Below are positions 28,870 to 45,429 of a stretch of DNA of 64,000 bases, piece by piece. Below the pieces are notes generated by a model, which saw only the letters and a list, made by a program, of their open reading frames with translations, ran no database searches and was not told the DNA's origin. Both the position numbers and the translations under genes were made by a program. Position 1 is the stretch's first letter. Each line of letters opens with the position of its first letter. This DNA comes from the human T2T-CHM13v2.0 reference genome, Homo sapiens. Location of the stretch: assembly GCF_009914755.1 (NCBI RefSeq), contig NC_060937.1; one strand, 5' to 3'.

Positions 28870-30245
28870 CTTGAGTCATTAAATCCATTGGAGATTTTCA
28901 AATCTGGCTTCCAAGCAGCATTCAAAACTACTTCCCAGTCTTTTGAAAGGAATCTTCCTTTGGCTTTCATGCTGAAATATTTTCATGGTTTTCCTTCTCT
29001 CCTCTGGCTGCTACTGCCTTCCATCCTCACCCCTAACCTAGACACAATCTCCAATACCTAACTAGTAAGTGCTGCAGATCCGCAAGAATCAGTCTTAGGT
29101 CTTGCCCAATGTATAGTCTCAACCCCCAACCCTACTACTCACAGCTTCAATTCCTATCAATAATCAAATAATAAAAACTGTATTTTGAGCCTCTATCTCT
29201 CTCTGAGCACCAAATATTCTGCCTCATGACACACCCCCCTGAATGGCTCAAAGGGTATGTCAAACTAAACATGTTCAAAACTGAACTTAAGATTTTCCTC
29301 TACCCAAAATGGTCCTCTTCCAATATTCCCTAACTCAGTAAAATGGCATCATTTATCGAATTAATGGATAACCACCTCCTCCCTGTTTCTTACGTCACCT
29401 CCTCCCTGTTTCTTACACCCCCAACTGCATTATATGTCAGCAGGTTTTACTGATTTAACCTCCTAAGTATCTCTTGAAACTGAAACTCTTCTGCCATCAC
29501 CAACCTCCTTGACCAAGCTATTGTCAAGACTAAACAACAATGCTCCAACGGAGACCACTTTTATCTCCCTCTCCTCCACCCCCTACCTCTAAATAAAACC
29601 CTTGGATGGCTTCTTATTGCTTTTATATTAATAATATTACTCAGCATGGTCTGGAAGCCCCCTGTATGGTCAAGTCCAACCTTCTTTTCCATCTTGTACT
29701 ACGATCCCTCTTCTTTTATGCTCTAAGCCAAGCTTGTCCAACCCGTGGTCCACAGGCTGCATGTAGCCCAGTATGGTTTTGAATGTGGCCCAACACAAAT
29801 TTGTAAACTTTCTTAAAACATTATGAGATTTTTTTGTGATTTTTTTTTTTTTTTTAGCTCATCAGCTATCATTAGTGTTAGTGTATTTTATGTGTGGCCC
29901 AAGACAATTGTTCTTCCTTCCAATGTGCCCCTGGGAAGCCAAAAGATTGGACACCCCTGTGTCTAAGCCACAGTAGCCTTCTTTCAGTTCTTCATTCTCA
30001 AAATATATTCCTTTCAGAGGAAAAAAAAAAAGCCTTTGTACATGCTAGTCCCTCTGTCTGGTACAATCCTCTTTTCTATTTTTTGAGTAACAAATCCTAC
30101 TCTCTTCAGATCTTGGCTCTCCAATGACCTCCTTGACCAGATCTAATTCATTATAAGCTCTCATAGCACATATTCCTCCATCCTGTCTGGTTCATAGAAC
30201 CTAATAAATATGGCTGAATGAATACATGGATGGATGAATAAATAA
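28870..30245 (+). mobile_element. L2 element interrupted by MER30
   Basis: gtcaaactaaacatgttcaaaactgaactt, aaacccttggatggcttcttattgc, terminal gaatgaatacatggatggatgaataa. Confidence 0.7.
29729..29959. mobile_element. MER30 hAT-Charlie DNA transposon
   Basis: caagcttgtccaacc...gattggacacccctg termini; flanks tctaagc repeated. Confidence 0.88.
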
Positions 30246-30624
30246 TGTGACTGGCTAAGTTGTGAAGGGCACTGAGCAACCTAGTAGACAATGGAAAGCA
30301 ATGAAACATTGTGAACAGTAGAGTAATACACTCAAGTGGTATGCTTTAAAATAATTTTGCAACCTGCAGGACAGACTGAAAGCAGCCAAGACAAGCTAGA
30401 AAGCTAACACAATCATTTAAAAAAGCACTAGGATGATTGATAACAAAAATAATAGGAATGAAAGAAACAGACTCATAAAAGCAAAAATCCAGGGACTGAT
30501 ACCAAATACAGAGGAAAAAATATAGAATACGGTATGTCCTAATGTTCTGTCTACCTTAACTATTATAGTGTTGATTTAACATATTCAAAATGATAACAAG
30601 GTACTATAATAAAGTATGATTTTA

Positions 30625-31002
<378 letters not shown>

Positions 31003-31066
31003 CTATAGATAATTGTTAAATAATAGCCCAAATTATTCAGAATCTACCATAAAACATTTAGACTAG

Positions 31067-31462
<396 letters not shown>

Positions 31463-32114
31463 TGAATCATTTTGGAGAGCCATTATTTTTCCAGGTAACT
31501 GAGAGCACTTAATGCCTCAAGCACAAAAACATCAACAGAAACCTTCTGTAGTATGTTATGTATGTCCCTATTTGTGAAACTAGGTTGTATTAAAAAATAA
31601 TAATCTCTTTCTTGATAACTCAAAGAAGTAGGAAAAAAACTTAAAGACCTTTTGACCACACCAAATATTGCCCATAATCACACAAGTTAAGAGACTGATA
31701 ATTCATCATTTACTGAATGCTTATAATGTGACAAGGTTTCAATGAGTTACCTTGCTTTAATCATCTTATTTAATCCTCCAACAAACCTAAAACCTATAAC
31801 TTAAATTCTAAGGTGTATCATCACTTTAATATATTTCTTTGCTTCCCCAAATTTAACATTAAATGTGCATAAAAATTTTTCCAACTATAGCATAAAATTA
31901 TCTAGGCAGCTGCATATCCCTTTCTTCTTCCATATCATAGCTCCATAGCATTTGAGTATCACAGAGTTTGAGTCTACGCCTTCCCCAGACTAAGTCTACT
32001 AATTAAATTCCTTTTGGCCATTAGAAGTTAAGCAGAGCATCAGGGTCATATTTTATAACGTGTGCTTAATGATCTTGACCTTTTTAGCACCATGAGTTTG
32101 AAAAATGTAATTTC

Positions 32115-32202
32115 AGCTGGGCACAGTGGAGGCAGAGGTTGTAGTGAGCCGAGATTGCACCACTGCACTCCAGCCTGGGTGACAGAGTGAGAATCCGTCT
32201 CA

Positions 32203-32233
<31 letters not shown>
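32115..32233 (+). mobile_element. Internally deleted Alu with an (AAT)~17 tail
   Basis: Alu head agctgggcacagtgg fused to aggcagaggttgtagtgagccgagatt...gtctca. Confidence 0.85.
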
Positions 32234-32254
<21 letters not shown>

Positions 32255-33795
32255 GTATAACTTCAAGGTATACTAAAGACTCTGAGTATTTCATTCGTAC
32301 TTTCTAGGAGAATATTTATATTCTTATTTCAATTACAAACTACCAGCCAATATAACACTTATCTTTTAAATGTTGGCTTTGGACAGATATTAGATTCCTC
32401 AGTAACAGTTTTTCATAGTCAGTGAAACAGTTATGATACCATCTCATAGCTTTGATAGTTTTATTTGTTTTCTCAGAAATTTGGCAATGTCAACTGCCTT
32501 TATTTGTGCTGTCTGATATAGGTTAGGTAATTTATTATTTGTATTTTTTTTGTTACAATGCTAATTCATCATAGGTAGTATTTTTTTTAATTTTAAGGAA
32601 CAATTGGTGTTCCTTAAAATTAAATGTTAATGTTAACAAATTAATGTTAAGCTTCTAGATTTCAAGACAAGACAACAATGTCCATTCTCACTACTTCCAC
32701 CAGTACATTGAAGCAAGAAAAAGAAATAAAAGGCAGACAGATTTGGAAAGGAAGAAGTGTACCTGTCTATATTCAGACAAGATGATTTTGTACGTAAAAA
32801 GCTTCAAGGAATCTAGAAAAGCTACTAGGTAACAAGAAAATTTAGAAAGGTCACAGGATACCAGGTAAAGATGCAAAAAAATCAACTGTTTATGTACTAA
32901 CAACAAATCATCAGAAGTTGAAAGTAAAAAGACCAATCAATAATAACATCAAAATATATAAAATACCCAACATATGTATAAACTCCCATCTGAAAACTAC
33001 AAATATTGCTGAAAAAATCAAACACTTAAATCTGAAAAATATGCCATGCTCATGGATCAGAATAGCCAATAAGGTAAAAAGTGTCATTTTTCCCTCAAAC
33101 TGATTTATAGATTCAATGTAATTCCAATAAAAATTGCAGTAAGCTTTCTTATAAAAACTAATAAACCTGATTCTAAATTTACATGTAAACTCAAAGGACC
33201 TAGAATAAACAAAGCAATTTGGATAAAAACAAAGTTGGAGACTTAACTAAATGATTTCAAAACTCGTTATAAAACCACAGTAGTTGACACCATGTTGTAT
33301 TGCCGAAGACACAGGTTATCAACAAAACAGAATAGAAAGTCCAGAAACAGCCACACAAAAACATGGCTAATTGACTCAATAAAGATGCTTCAGCAATGAG
33401 GAAATGATAATCTCTCCAATAAAAATGCTGATACAATTAATTATCCATATGTCAAAAATAAACCTCAACACTTTCCTCCCATCATACACAGAAATTCTAA
33501 ATGAATTATTTCTCTCAAAGTAAGGGCACAAACTATAAAGCTCCTTGGAGAAAATACAGGAGAAAATCCTTAGTATCTCAGACTAGGAAAAGATCTCTTA
33601 AATAAGACACAGAAAACACAAACTAAAAAGAAAAAATAAATATAAAACTTTACTCTTCAAAAGACACTCTAAAATATAAAAAGGCAGCTAAAGACTGGGA
33701 GAAAGTATTTGAAAAACATATATCTAATAAAGAACTTGTATCCTATCCAGAATATGTAAAAAATTCTTATAACTCATTAGCAAGAAGACAGACTA

Positions 33796-34516
<721 letters not shown>

Positions 34517-36869
34517 TCAATATATTTAGTTACTTGGGAAATGCAAACTAAAACCAAAAAGAGATAATAAAACTTTAAAAACTGAAAAAATTCAAGTGTT
34601 GGAAAGACGTAGAGTAACTAGGACTCTCATACATTCCTGGTTGGAATACAAAATAGTACAAACACTTTGGTAAACAATTTTGCAGTTTCTTATAAAGCTA
34701 GATATATACTTATCATATGACCCACCAATTATGCTCGTAGGTATACACCCAAAAGAAATAAAACATAGGTCTACAAAAAGACTTGTATACCAATGTTCAC
34801 AGTAGCTTATTCATAATGGTCAAAAAACCCAAATGTTCCCTCTGGTGAATGGATAAGCAAACTGTAGTATAGCCATACAATGGAATATGGCTCAGCAATA
34901 AAAAGAAACAATCTACTGACATATGCAGCAAGAATGAATCTCAAGAGCATTATGCTAAAGAAGCCAGCCACATATTATATACAGTGTATAATTTTTTGTG
35001 TCCACTGTATAATTCCAAATTCTAGAGAAGACAAAACAATAGTGACAGAAAGCAGGTCAGTTGTCAAGGGAGGGTGATAGGAACTACAAAGGGAAATGAG
35101 AAAATTTCTTTGGAGTAACATATATTTTATACTATTGTTGTAGTATTAAATACATTACTTAACATTTGTCAGAATTCATGAAGTTTTACACTTGAAATTG
35201 CTGTTTCATTATATATAAATTATACCTCAACAAAGGGGACAATAACAACAACAAAAATAAGCATATGCAAAATGTGAGTGTCATGTATTTAGTAGCCAAA
35301 CAAGAAAAGGTTCTAGAATGCAAATGCCATTTGACTTAGGATCTAGTGTCTTATATTGTACCATGCTGCCTCCTTTCTCAGAATACTTCCCTAAAGATCC
35401 AGGTGAGAATTCTCATTCTGAATCTTTCCATGCGGACACAAAAGATGCAGCACAGAGGTGCTGAGGCTCACAAGCGCACACGTGAGCTCTCTCTCTCCCA
35501 TGGGAGTACTACAGGTAATTCTTGGGAGAATAACCTGTATGTGCAGCTCTCTCCCTCTTAAGGCAACATAATAAAATGGAAAAACCAGAGTGGTTTCATT
35601 ATAAGGGATACCTGAAGTACTTTAAACTCTTGTTAACAATAAATTACTTGGCACACATTTCACAACATACCAGTATATCCACATTGTGGCTCAGAATCTG
35701 ATCCAAACAGACTGGAACACCAGCAAATTCATTCATTTACTTTCAATAAAAATTGATAAAGAACTAATGCTATCAAGTGTGCAAAATTCTCCAGAGTAAT
35801 TAAAGTTATTGACTTGGAAGAAACTAGATCAACTAGTAGGCAACCCTCAGTAGGTAACACTGAAATAAGTGCAGAATTATTTATGTATATAATCAAGTGC
35901 GAAATTTCGTGATATTTATAAATGCTTCAAAATTTTATTCAGGGTCTGAACAGCAACTGTGTGACTATTATGTGGCAGGTACTGAAGGTATAATGGTAAT
36001 CAAAAAGAAAGACAGGATAGTCCTTCCTTGTCACTGTGGGACAGAAAGGCAGTCAGACAGTAAGCAAATAAGCACACAAACTACTACTTAATTACACACT
36101 ATGATAAATACTATAAGAAAAAAGGTTTTTTTTTAAAGGGTCAAAATAGAATCCTATGCACCAGCCTTGACAAATGCAGATCACAGCCTCTGCTGGGTCC
36201 CTTACCTGGGTATTTCTTCTCACTAAACCTCCATATCCCATTTAAAATTCAATCTTCCCTGATGGCACAAGTGTCTCTAAGTCTTCTCTAACCCCTGTAA
36301 GAAGAATTAGGGGTCTCTCCTTTTTGTATTGTGATAGAGAATAATAAAATCAGTAAAAATTTCTGAGCACTTATCTCATTTAATCATATGACAACCATGA
36401 GATGTAGTTATTATCCCCATTGTAAAGATGAGAAAACTGAAACTCAAAATGAGCAAAAAAATTATACCTCTAATAAGTTGCAGAACCAGGAATCAAACTT
36501 TGGTTTTTATGACAGAAACACATTCTTTAACATTTTAAATATCTACCTTAAAAGTGAAATGCAAATAGTAGTATGGATTCATGACCTATTTTCTCTTTCA
36601 GAAAAAAATATTTCCTAGCTCTGTACTGAAAAAGCCTGAAAATGATGATTAACTCAATGGCAATGCACCCTTTTCTAAAACCCATGCTATGGTTTCCATA
36701 TACCACGTCCTAATACATGGAACCTGACCTGATTTCAGGTCTGAAGCAAAAATGTACAAGATAAGCTCAGAACAAGCTGTCACACTAGAAAGCAAAGAAG
36801 CTTTCAAGCTTACTTTATCACCCCTTTAATTTCTGATAACTGCCCGTCCACATCTAGTCTCTCCTTCCT

Positions 36870-37292
36870 TCTACTAATTAAACCCCCCAAATTTTAACTG
36901 GACTCACAGCCACCCAAGCAGGGATTAGTTTCCACTCTGCCTTACAGCTAAGTGTGGCCAAATTCTAGTTGATGGAGTCTCATTGCAACGTCATTTATGT
37001 TTTAGGTCATGCTTATATTAGGAAGCTGTGTGCCTTTACTCCTTCCCACAGGCTGAAATCCAGTTGTATGATGTGCTGTGAAACCAGCATCAACCATTCA
37101 GATAAAAGCAAAGATAGAGGAACAAAGTAGAAGAAACCTGGAACCCTAGACAATAGCTTAGAGCAGAACCACTCCACTTCCCTGACTACTACCAGTTCTA
37201 TCTTTGATGTGAAAGGAAAAGCCTTCTGTATTTTTAAACCAGCTATTTTTGTCCCAATAGAGAAGCTGAACCAATATCCTAAAAAATATACC
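36870..37292 (+). mobile_element. MLT1-type MaLR LTR (old)
   Basis: ctgccttacagctaagtgtggcca...gaagaaacctggaaccct...agctgaaccaatatcctaa. Confidence 0.55.
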
Positions 37293-37753
37293 TTGCCAGA
37301 AGCTTTTCAGAATCCTTGAAGGTTCAACTAGTTGTTTGTTAATTTGTTTTTCTTTGTTGCAGAAAATATGCATTCAAAGAGGCACTGTATGTGTGTTAAG
37401 GGCAGGAAAGCACCCATTCTAATCAAACTAATGCTAAATCTTTCCGTGATTTAATAAATAGAAAGTTGGTCCCTCCAACATCTAGTCCAACTCTAGTCCC
37501 AATTATTCAGATTTGCTTGGATAATGTAGATGGAAAAGAAGCTTAATAAAAGCTTTTTTTAAAGCAAATAAAATTTTAACATTTTTGGTGAAACTGAGTG
37601 GGTATTTCTTAAATCCTATTTCTCAAATATAATACAGCCGCAGGTCCTATTCATAACATAACAGACAATAACAAGAAAATATGTAAGTACTATCAGGCCT
37701 TTATAGATTCATTTCCGTTTCTTCCTTCTATATATGTATGTATGTAGTTCTTC

Positions 37754-37756
<3 letters not shown>

Positions 37757-37795
<39 letters not shown>
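37757..37795. repeat. (AC)~19 microsatellite
   Basis: Read directly. Confidence 0.95.
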
Positions 37796-37798
<3 letters not shown>

Positions 37799-38273
37799 CT
37801 AAGACTCAAGATTGAATTCCTCAACTTCCTTTCTCTCCCTATGATTTCACCGTCCAACAATCCCAATCCCTACTTCTTTCTAATTATTTCCAAGAACAAT
37901 TCGAAAGTCAAGAATATCCAAACTGAAATGATGCAGTGGAAAAAGGTATACTAAACAGATCTGCCTATCCTAGAATATATAAGAAACTCACAATTAAAGA
38001 ACTACTGCATTCTGTTATAGCAACTTAATACCCTGACAAGTATGAGAGTTTTTTTTTTTAAAGGAAAGGATGTACTAAATGGCACAGAACCGTTCACTTA
38101 AAAAAAAAATTCTTTAAAAATCTCTCTATTTGAAAAATTTCAATCTCACAGAAAAGTTGCAGTGATTGTACTATGAGCTCCAGGGTCCCATTCATCTAGA
38201 TTCATAGACAGTTTACATTTTGTCACATTTACTTCTTTCTCTTTTATATAATAACAATAATAATAATGGTGAT

Positions 38274-38644
38274 TGATATGGTTTGGCTGTGTCCCCATCC
38301 AAATTTCATCTTGAATTGTAACTCCCACAATTCCCACATTTTGTGGGAGAAACCCCCATGGGAGGTAATTAAATCATGGGGATGGGTCTCTGCCATGCTG
38401 TTCTCATGATAGGGAATAAGTCTCACAAGATCTGATGGTTTTAAAAACAGGAAGTTTCCCTGCACAAGCTCTCTCTCTTTGCCTGCTGCCACCCATGTAA
38501 GACATGACTTGCTCCTCCTTGCCTTCCACCAGGATTGTGAGGCCTCCCCAGCCATGTAGAACTTTAAGTCCATTAAACCTTTCTTTTATTAATTGCCCAG
38601 TCTCGGGTATGTCTTTACCAGCAGCATGAAAATGGAGTAGTAGA
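38274..38644 (+). mobile_element. THE1 (A/B-like) solo LTR, ERVL-MaLR, antisense to INTS6
   Basis: tgatatggtttggctgtgtcccc...tccattaaacct...gggtatgtctttaccagcagcatgaaaatgg; 5-bp TSD-like gtgat/gtaat. Confidence 0.92.
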
Positions 38645-39229
38645 GTAATATATAATTATTAATATTTGACAAACTATTTGAGAGTAAGTTGAGTCACCAA
38701 GCCTTTTAGGCCAAATACACACACTTCTGTGCAGATGAACACGGATAAAGCCACGGGAATGAAATTGTCCAAGAGTATGTCAGTAAACGTGTAAGAAAAT
38801 CTAAAACTAAACCAGTAACACTCAGGGACAGGCAAATACACTAAGGTCAAGGATGGAAATTAAAACAAAACAAAAAGCCAAAGCAGAGCCAGGAAAGTGT
38901 AAACACAGAAGTCAAGAGAAGCTTTAAAAAACAGTGTTCAATAGTGCTGGCAAAACATCATGAAAGAAAAACTAAAAAGCAAATTTGGATTTGGAAGATA
39001 AGGACATTATTAGTGATCTTATTAACAAAGGTAGAATCAAAAGTCAGACTGTAATAGATTTAAAAGGAGGTAGAGAAGTCAAGGAGATAACAGAAATGAT
39101 CTCTAAATTTGTTGCAAAAGGAAATAGAGAAGATAGGCACCAGAGAGGAAAATAGTGTGGGTGTATGAGAGTAAAGATACAAGTTCTTCTATTTGTTTCA
39201 TTCATCTATTTAAAGTGGCTGAACCAGGA

Positions 39230-40810
<1,581 letters not shown>

Positions 40811-41734
40811 ACTGTTGCTTGTTTTTTTCTTTTAATCCCACACTAGAGTGTAAAGAGCAATGGACCTGAAAAAATAAAACAAACAGTCAAGTCCTAGCTC
40901 TGCCTCTTAGGTAGAAATCAGCCTTACTAAGACATTTTCCTCACCGTCACAGAATTGAGAATTACAGGAGATGTGAAATTACCTTGTAAACAATAAAAGT
41001 TAAACACTTAAGTTTACACATTTTTTAAAATAATTAAGCTCAACCTCATACATTATTTTAGTAGCCAGGAATAAAAGAAAGTAATACAGTAACAGTCCTT
41101 CACAATCTGTTTCTAAGAACAGTGCCTAGGCACATGGTAAGCCCTAAATACATATTTATTGAATGAAATTAACCATTTTCCAATTGTTTTGCATTCTCTT
41201 TATTCATTTCCTATAACTGTTAAGATTATGAGGAAACAATTTATAAATTTAAAAGCATCCTATATCAGCTTTTTCTTTAGTATATTTCCTTGAAAAAAAA
41301 AAATCAAGTAAATTTCCCTTAGGCTATTTCTAACTTTAATACTATTATCCAATATAAGCAATGAAGAAGGTTCTCCTCATATCATATTTATTAAGGAAAG
41401 GAAAATTAAGAAATTCTAGGCAACAAAGCAAGATCCTGTCTCAAAAAAAATTATTAAAGTCAAAGTGAATCCCATAAAACTTAATGCCAACCCAATTATT
41501 TGTTGTTAGTTCCTATTGTTACACTCCACAGTTAAAAATGTGTATCCTTAGGAATATCCAATGTACATCCAAAAGGAATTTTTGATTAAAAAATCAAAAC
41601 TTTTTTTTAGCTTCTAGTAGTTTAAGGTCAATATTTGTTCAGAGGAAAGAGCAATCACTTGACAACCTGCAATACTGAAATACTTTCTTCAACAAAGTTT
41701 TACCCCAACAAATTGCAAAGGTAAAGTCTTTCTA

Positions 41735-42045
41735 ATTTTTTAACAACTTTATTGAGAAATTCATCCATTTTATGTGTTCAACGAGTTTTAGTAAATTTAC
41801 AGAGTTGTACAACCATCACCACCATGCAGTTTTAGAACATTTCCAACATCTTAAAAAGATCCCTGTGCCCATTTGCAGTCAGTCTCCCAAACACTTCCAG
41901 GCAAGCACTAATCAACTTTATGGACATTCCATATAAATGGAATAATGCTATATGAGGTCCTTTGCATCTAGGGTAATGTTTTTCAAGTTCATCCATGTTG
42001 TAGCATGTCACAATTCATTCCTTTTTATTGCTAAATAGCACTCCA
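41735..42045 (-). mobile_element. L1MB-like 3' end fragment
   Basis: aactttattgagaaat...ttacagagttgtacaaccatcacc...tggacattccatataaatggaat. Confidence 0.75.
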
Positions 42046-42813
42046 AGTTTCTTAATTTTATGTCTGGTATAGTTCAACCTACAATCATGTCCTCTTTTAT
42101 GAGGAAGTGAAAACAGATGAGGTGCCAAAAAAACCTGCTCTTTGTATAGTCCACGCTACTTCTTTCTAAAATGCAAATCTAATAACTTTCTCCTCTACTA
42201 AAATCTCTTCAATCCATAAGGTTCCCATCTGTAAGGTTCAATCTATAAGGTTTTCATCAATCTGTAAGACAAAGTCGAAACTCCTTGGCAGAGAATATAG
42301 GACGTGCCATGCCAATCTATCTAGTCTCATTTCCTGCTGCTGTTTTTCTTGAACACTTTGCCAGCTATCAATACTGAGGTACATACAGTTCTCCCAAACT
42401 CTCTTCAGTGACCTTTATGTCTTTGCATACATCTACTTCACAAACTTGAATTAACCTTTCAAAATCCAACTCAAGACATTTCCTAGAGCCAGCTCCGGCC
42501 TCACTTTCTCAACTGTACCATCTTATTAGCTTGTGCTTTAATAATTTTACATCTTACACTATGCCATAACTGTACCTCTCATATCAAACTCATGAGCCAG
42601 TACCTAACCCTGCATCTGAACTTCACTACTGTTCAATAAGCATCTGTTCACTTTAACTGAATACTCTCTACTAGTGGTGTTCTACCCACTTCATAAAGGA
42701 AAAATCAATTCCATAAAGTCCACTCTCTAAAACTAATGTGAAAAGGATCTAACAGAAGTAGTACAATACAACTCCAAGGTCTAGAACAGTAGTCTACAAA
42801 ACAGGGTATACAC

Positions 42814-43033
42814 CAGCGATCAGCAAACTATAGCCCACCAACCAAATCCAGCCCAGAGCCTATTTTTTGTAAATAAAATTTTATTGAACACGGCCACTCT
42901 CACTCATTTAACATACTGTCTATGGCTGCTTTTGCCCTCCAACAGTGGAATAGTTCCAGTACACACTATACAGGCTGAAAAACCTAAAATGTTCACTATC
43001 TGGCCCTTCAAAGAAAATGTTTGCTGACCCCTA
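42814..43033. mobile_element. MER58A hAT-Charlie DNA transposon
   Basis: cagcgatcagcaaactatagccc...tttgctgacccct. Confidence 0.82.
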
Positions 43034-44030
43034 GTATAAATCATGATCCATGTTATTCAAGAAGCAAAGATCAGAATTTCCTTTGTATAAATTTTTTCCT
43101 CTCATCTTTTTAAAGTTCTATTTTAATATATGTTTTTAACATAATAATATTAATGCAGTAGTCACATATAATTTCTAAATTTAAAAATGTGCATACACTG
43201 GGAATGGTACATACTTAATTTTTTTTTTTTTTTACTAATATAGGTGGTTCATTTAAAAAAAAAAAGTTAAGTCTTAGGACAAGCTTTAGCATTTAAATTT
43301 AGTAATCAACGTTATTAGCAATCAATGTTATTACATGAATAACTGAGTTCTGTGAGTGCTTCAAATCACAGAGAAAGAGGCCCAGAATTAAACTTTTTCC
43401 AAAATACTCAAAACATCTCTGGAGAATCTTTTTCTGGTGCTAAAAATGTCATTGAAATGATGCAGGTAGTACTAATATTCTTCAACAGAATGCAATAAAA
43501 TACGAGCTACATAAATCCAAACTTGGTTCAAAGGTAGCTATGTTTTTTTAAAAAAGGTTATTATAACAGACAAAGCAAATGCAAACTTATCCTTCCAAAC
43601 CCTGATAATTGGTAATACCAAATAACTGGTATCTAATAAATATACAAATCAAGAGAATACCTTGCTAGCTAAATTAAAAAAAAAAAAAAAAAACTATCCA
43701 TACTTAACAACCAAGTGCAATTTTGTAACCAAAGTGTTCCTTAGCTATGATAGCAAGGCTATTTCGGTCTAAGACAACAGATACTAACCTAAAGCTGTGA
43801 AGAGCCCCAGGAAATACCGAGTTCCTCACTTACAGATCTTAAGCTTAGCAAGGTGGTTCTACTAACTCAAAAGCTGGGGTCTGATAATCATCATCAACCA
43901 ATTTATAAGCTCAAAGTTAATTACCAATTGAACCTGGATTTATCAGTTTAGGGTTGTCATTCTATGTTGAATCAGATTCTCCAACAAATAGTCATAGCCC
44001 CCAGAGAGAACTACACTCTACTCTGCTCAC

Positions 44031-44253
44031 CTTTAAGGCTTTTTCTGAGGCCTTCCGAGATGACTAGCATCAGACTTTTGAGGAAGGCTAGCCATTAGAC
44101 AAGGCTTTTCCCCACGATCTGACTGCTTGAAGTGACATCCAGGATCAGGTCGATCCTGTATCCAGGAATCATGACCCTCCCTGAGGCACCAGTCATCATG
44201 AGACAGTCAGTGCACTTTAGCACTTCTTGAAAACCACTGGGCTGCTCCTTTAG
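44031..44253 (-). other. Candidate alternative (poison) exon of INTS6 in intron 4, 223 nt
   Basis: Acceptor gttttttttcctttcag| and donor AAG|gtgagc. Unique, GC-richer sequence. 52 open codons in the exon-4 frame, then TAA at 44097-44095. Confidence 0.55.
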
Positions 44254-45429
44254 CTGAAAGGAAAAAAAACATCAAAACCACAACAAACAAAACAAAGGGG
44301 GAAAAATCAGTAATTCAATCTGAAAAGACAGAGCGTGGGGAAAAATATACCAAAACAGCCTTGTCTAGATCAAAATGCAGCCTTGCCTTGATGTAAAGCC
44401 CATAGTTTCAATGTCTTTCTAGTCACTGCACTAAGGTTATTCCTAATATAAAAGTCTAAAAAGTTTAATATCTACAGTATTACATCTGAAAAGAACAAGT
44501 GAAAGTGGAAGTTAAATAAAATCACTATGGAAATACAGCTAAATAAGTATTATCAAGGTATTTATAAATGACTAGCAGCCTAAGGGTTATTTACAAGAGA
44601 GTGCACCATCAGAAAACCACATACTCAACATTTTCATTCTCTCAAAATTGAAATCTGACATGGAGAAGCATGAAACACCCAAATAGGCTAAGTTTAACAG
44701 AAAAGTGCCAATCTATTAAATAAAAAATTAGGCTAGTATCCTCTGACTTACTTGACACCAGTACACAGAGTAAAACACACACACACACTGCTCTTAACCT
44801 AGCATTCTGTAGAATTTTCAATGTTTGCTTGAAATAAGCAATTTTAAATGTTCATATCATATGTCCTTAAATTTCAAACAAACTTTAAAAGCTGATTTAA
44901 CGCTTATTTATTTAAATCTGCTTCAAAGTAAAAAAAAAATTTAACTATCAGAATCTGCTCATTTCAATTTTTAAATACAAAATATTTTCCTAAAACATAA
45001 TGTTAAAAGGCAAGAAAAAGTCTTTGAGGTAATTGTTTTAAATGTTAAATTATAAATCCTTTAAAACATCCTTACACGAAAGGTAATGATACTTTGTCTG
45101 TCAATTACTTTACCTTCCTTTCTCCTCCTTTATTTTTTATCACCCACATCTCAGTTAACACTACCAAATATCCACATAGATGCCCAAGTTGGAAAGTGGA
45201 AAATAATACTAAACCAGTATATTTTTACTTATTTGAGAATATGATTAAAGCTATGGATCTCTTTACCCAGAAAAAAGTTCATGCACACAGATGGACAATG
45301 TGTAGACAGGATGTCAGGGAATTCACAGAACTCTCCTCAGACCAAGCATGGACCCTAGGTTCAGGGCTCCTGTCAAATACTTTGCCTTTTTTCTCCTATC
45401 TTACAAATCATCTTTGAAAACCTGCCTAG

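Noticed and set aside
29373-29417. 23-bp tandem duplication cacctcctccctgtttcttac (also a 15-bp one near 24718-24746)
   Set aside because: Ordinary slippage inside old L2 and MIR sequence.
32046-32294. Poly-Leu and poly-Tyr ORFs
   Set aside because: Translations of the (AAT)n Alu tail.
43635-43693. Plus-strand AATAAA followed by A18, suggesting a processed pseudogene end
   Set aside because: I find no target-site duplication or recognisable mRNA upstream. AATAAA and A runs are common in this AT-rich intron.
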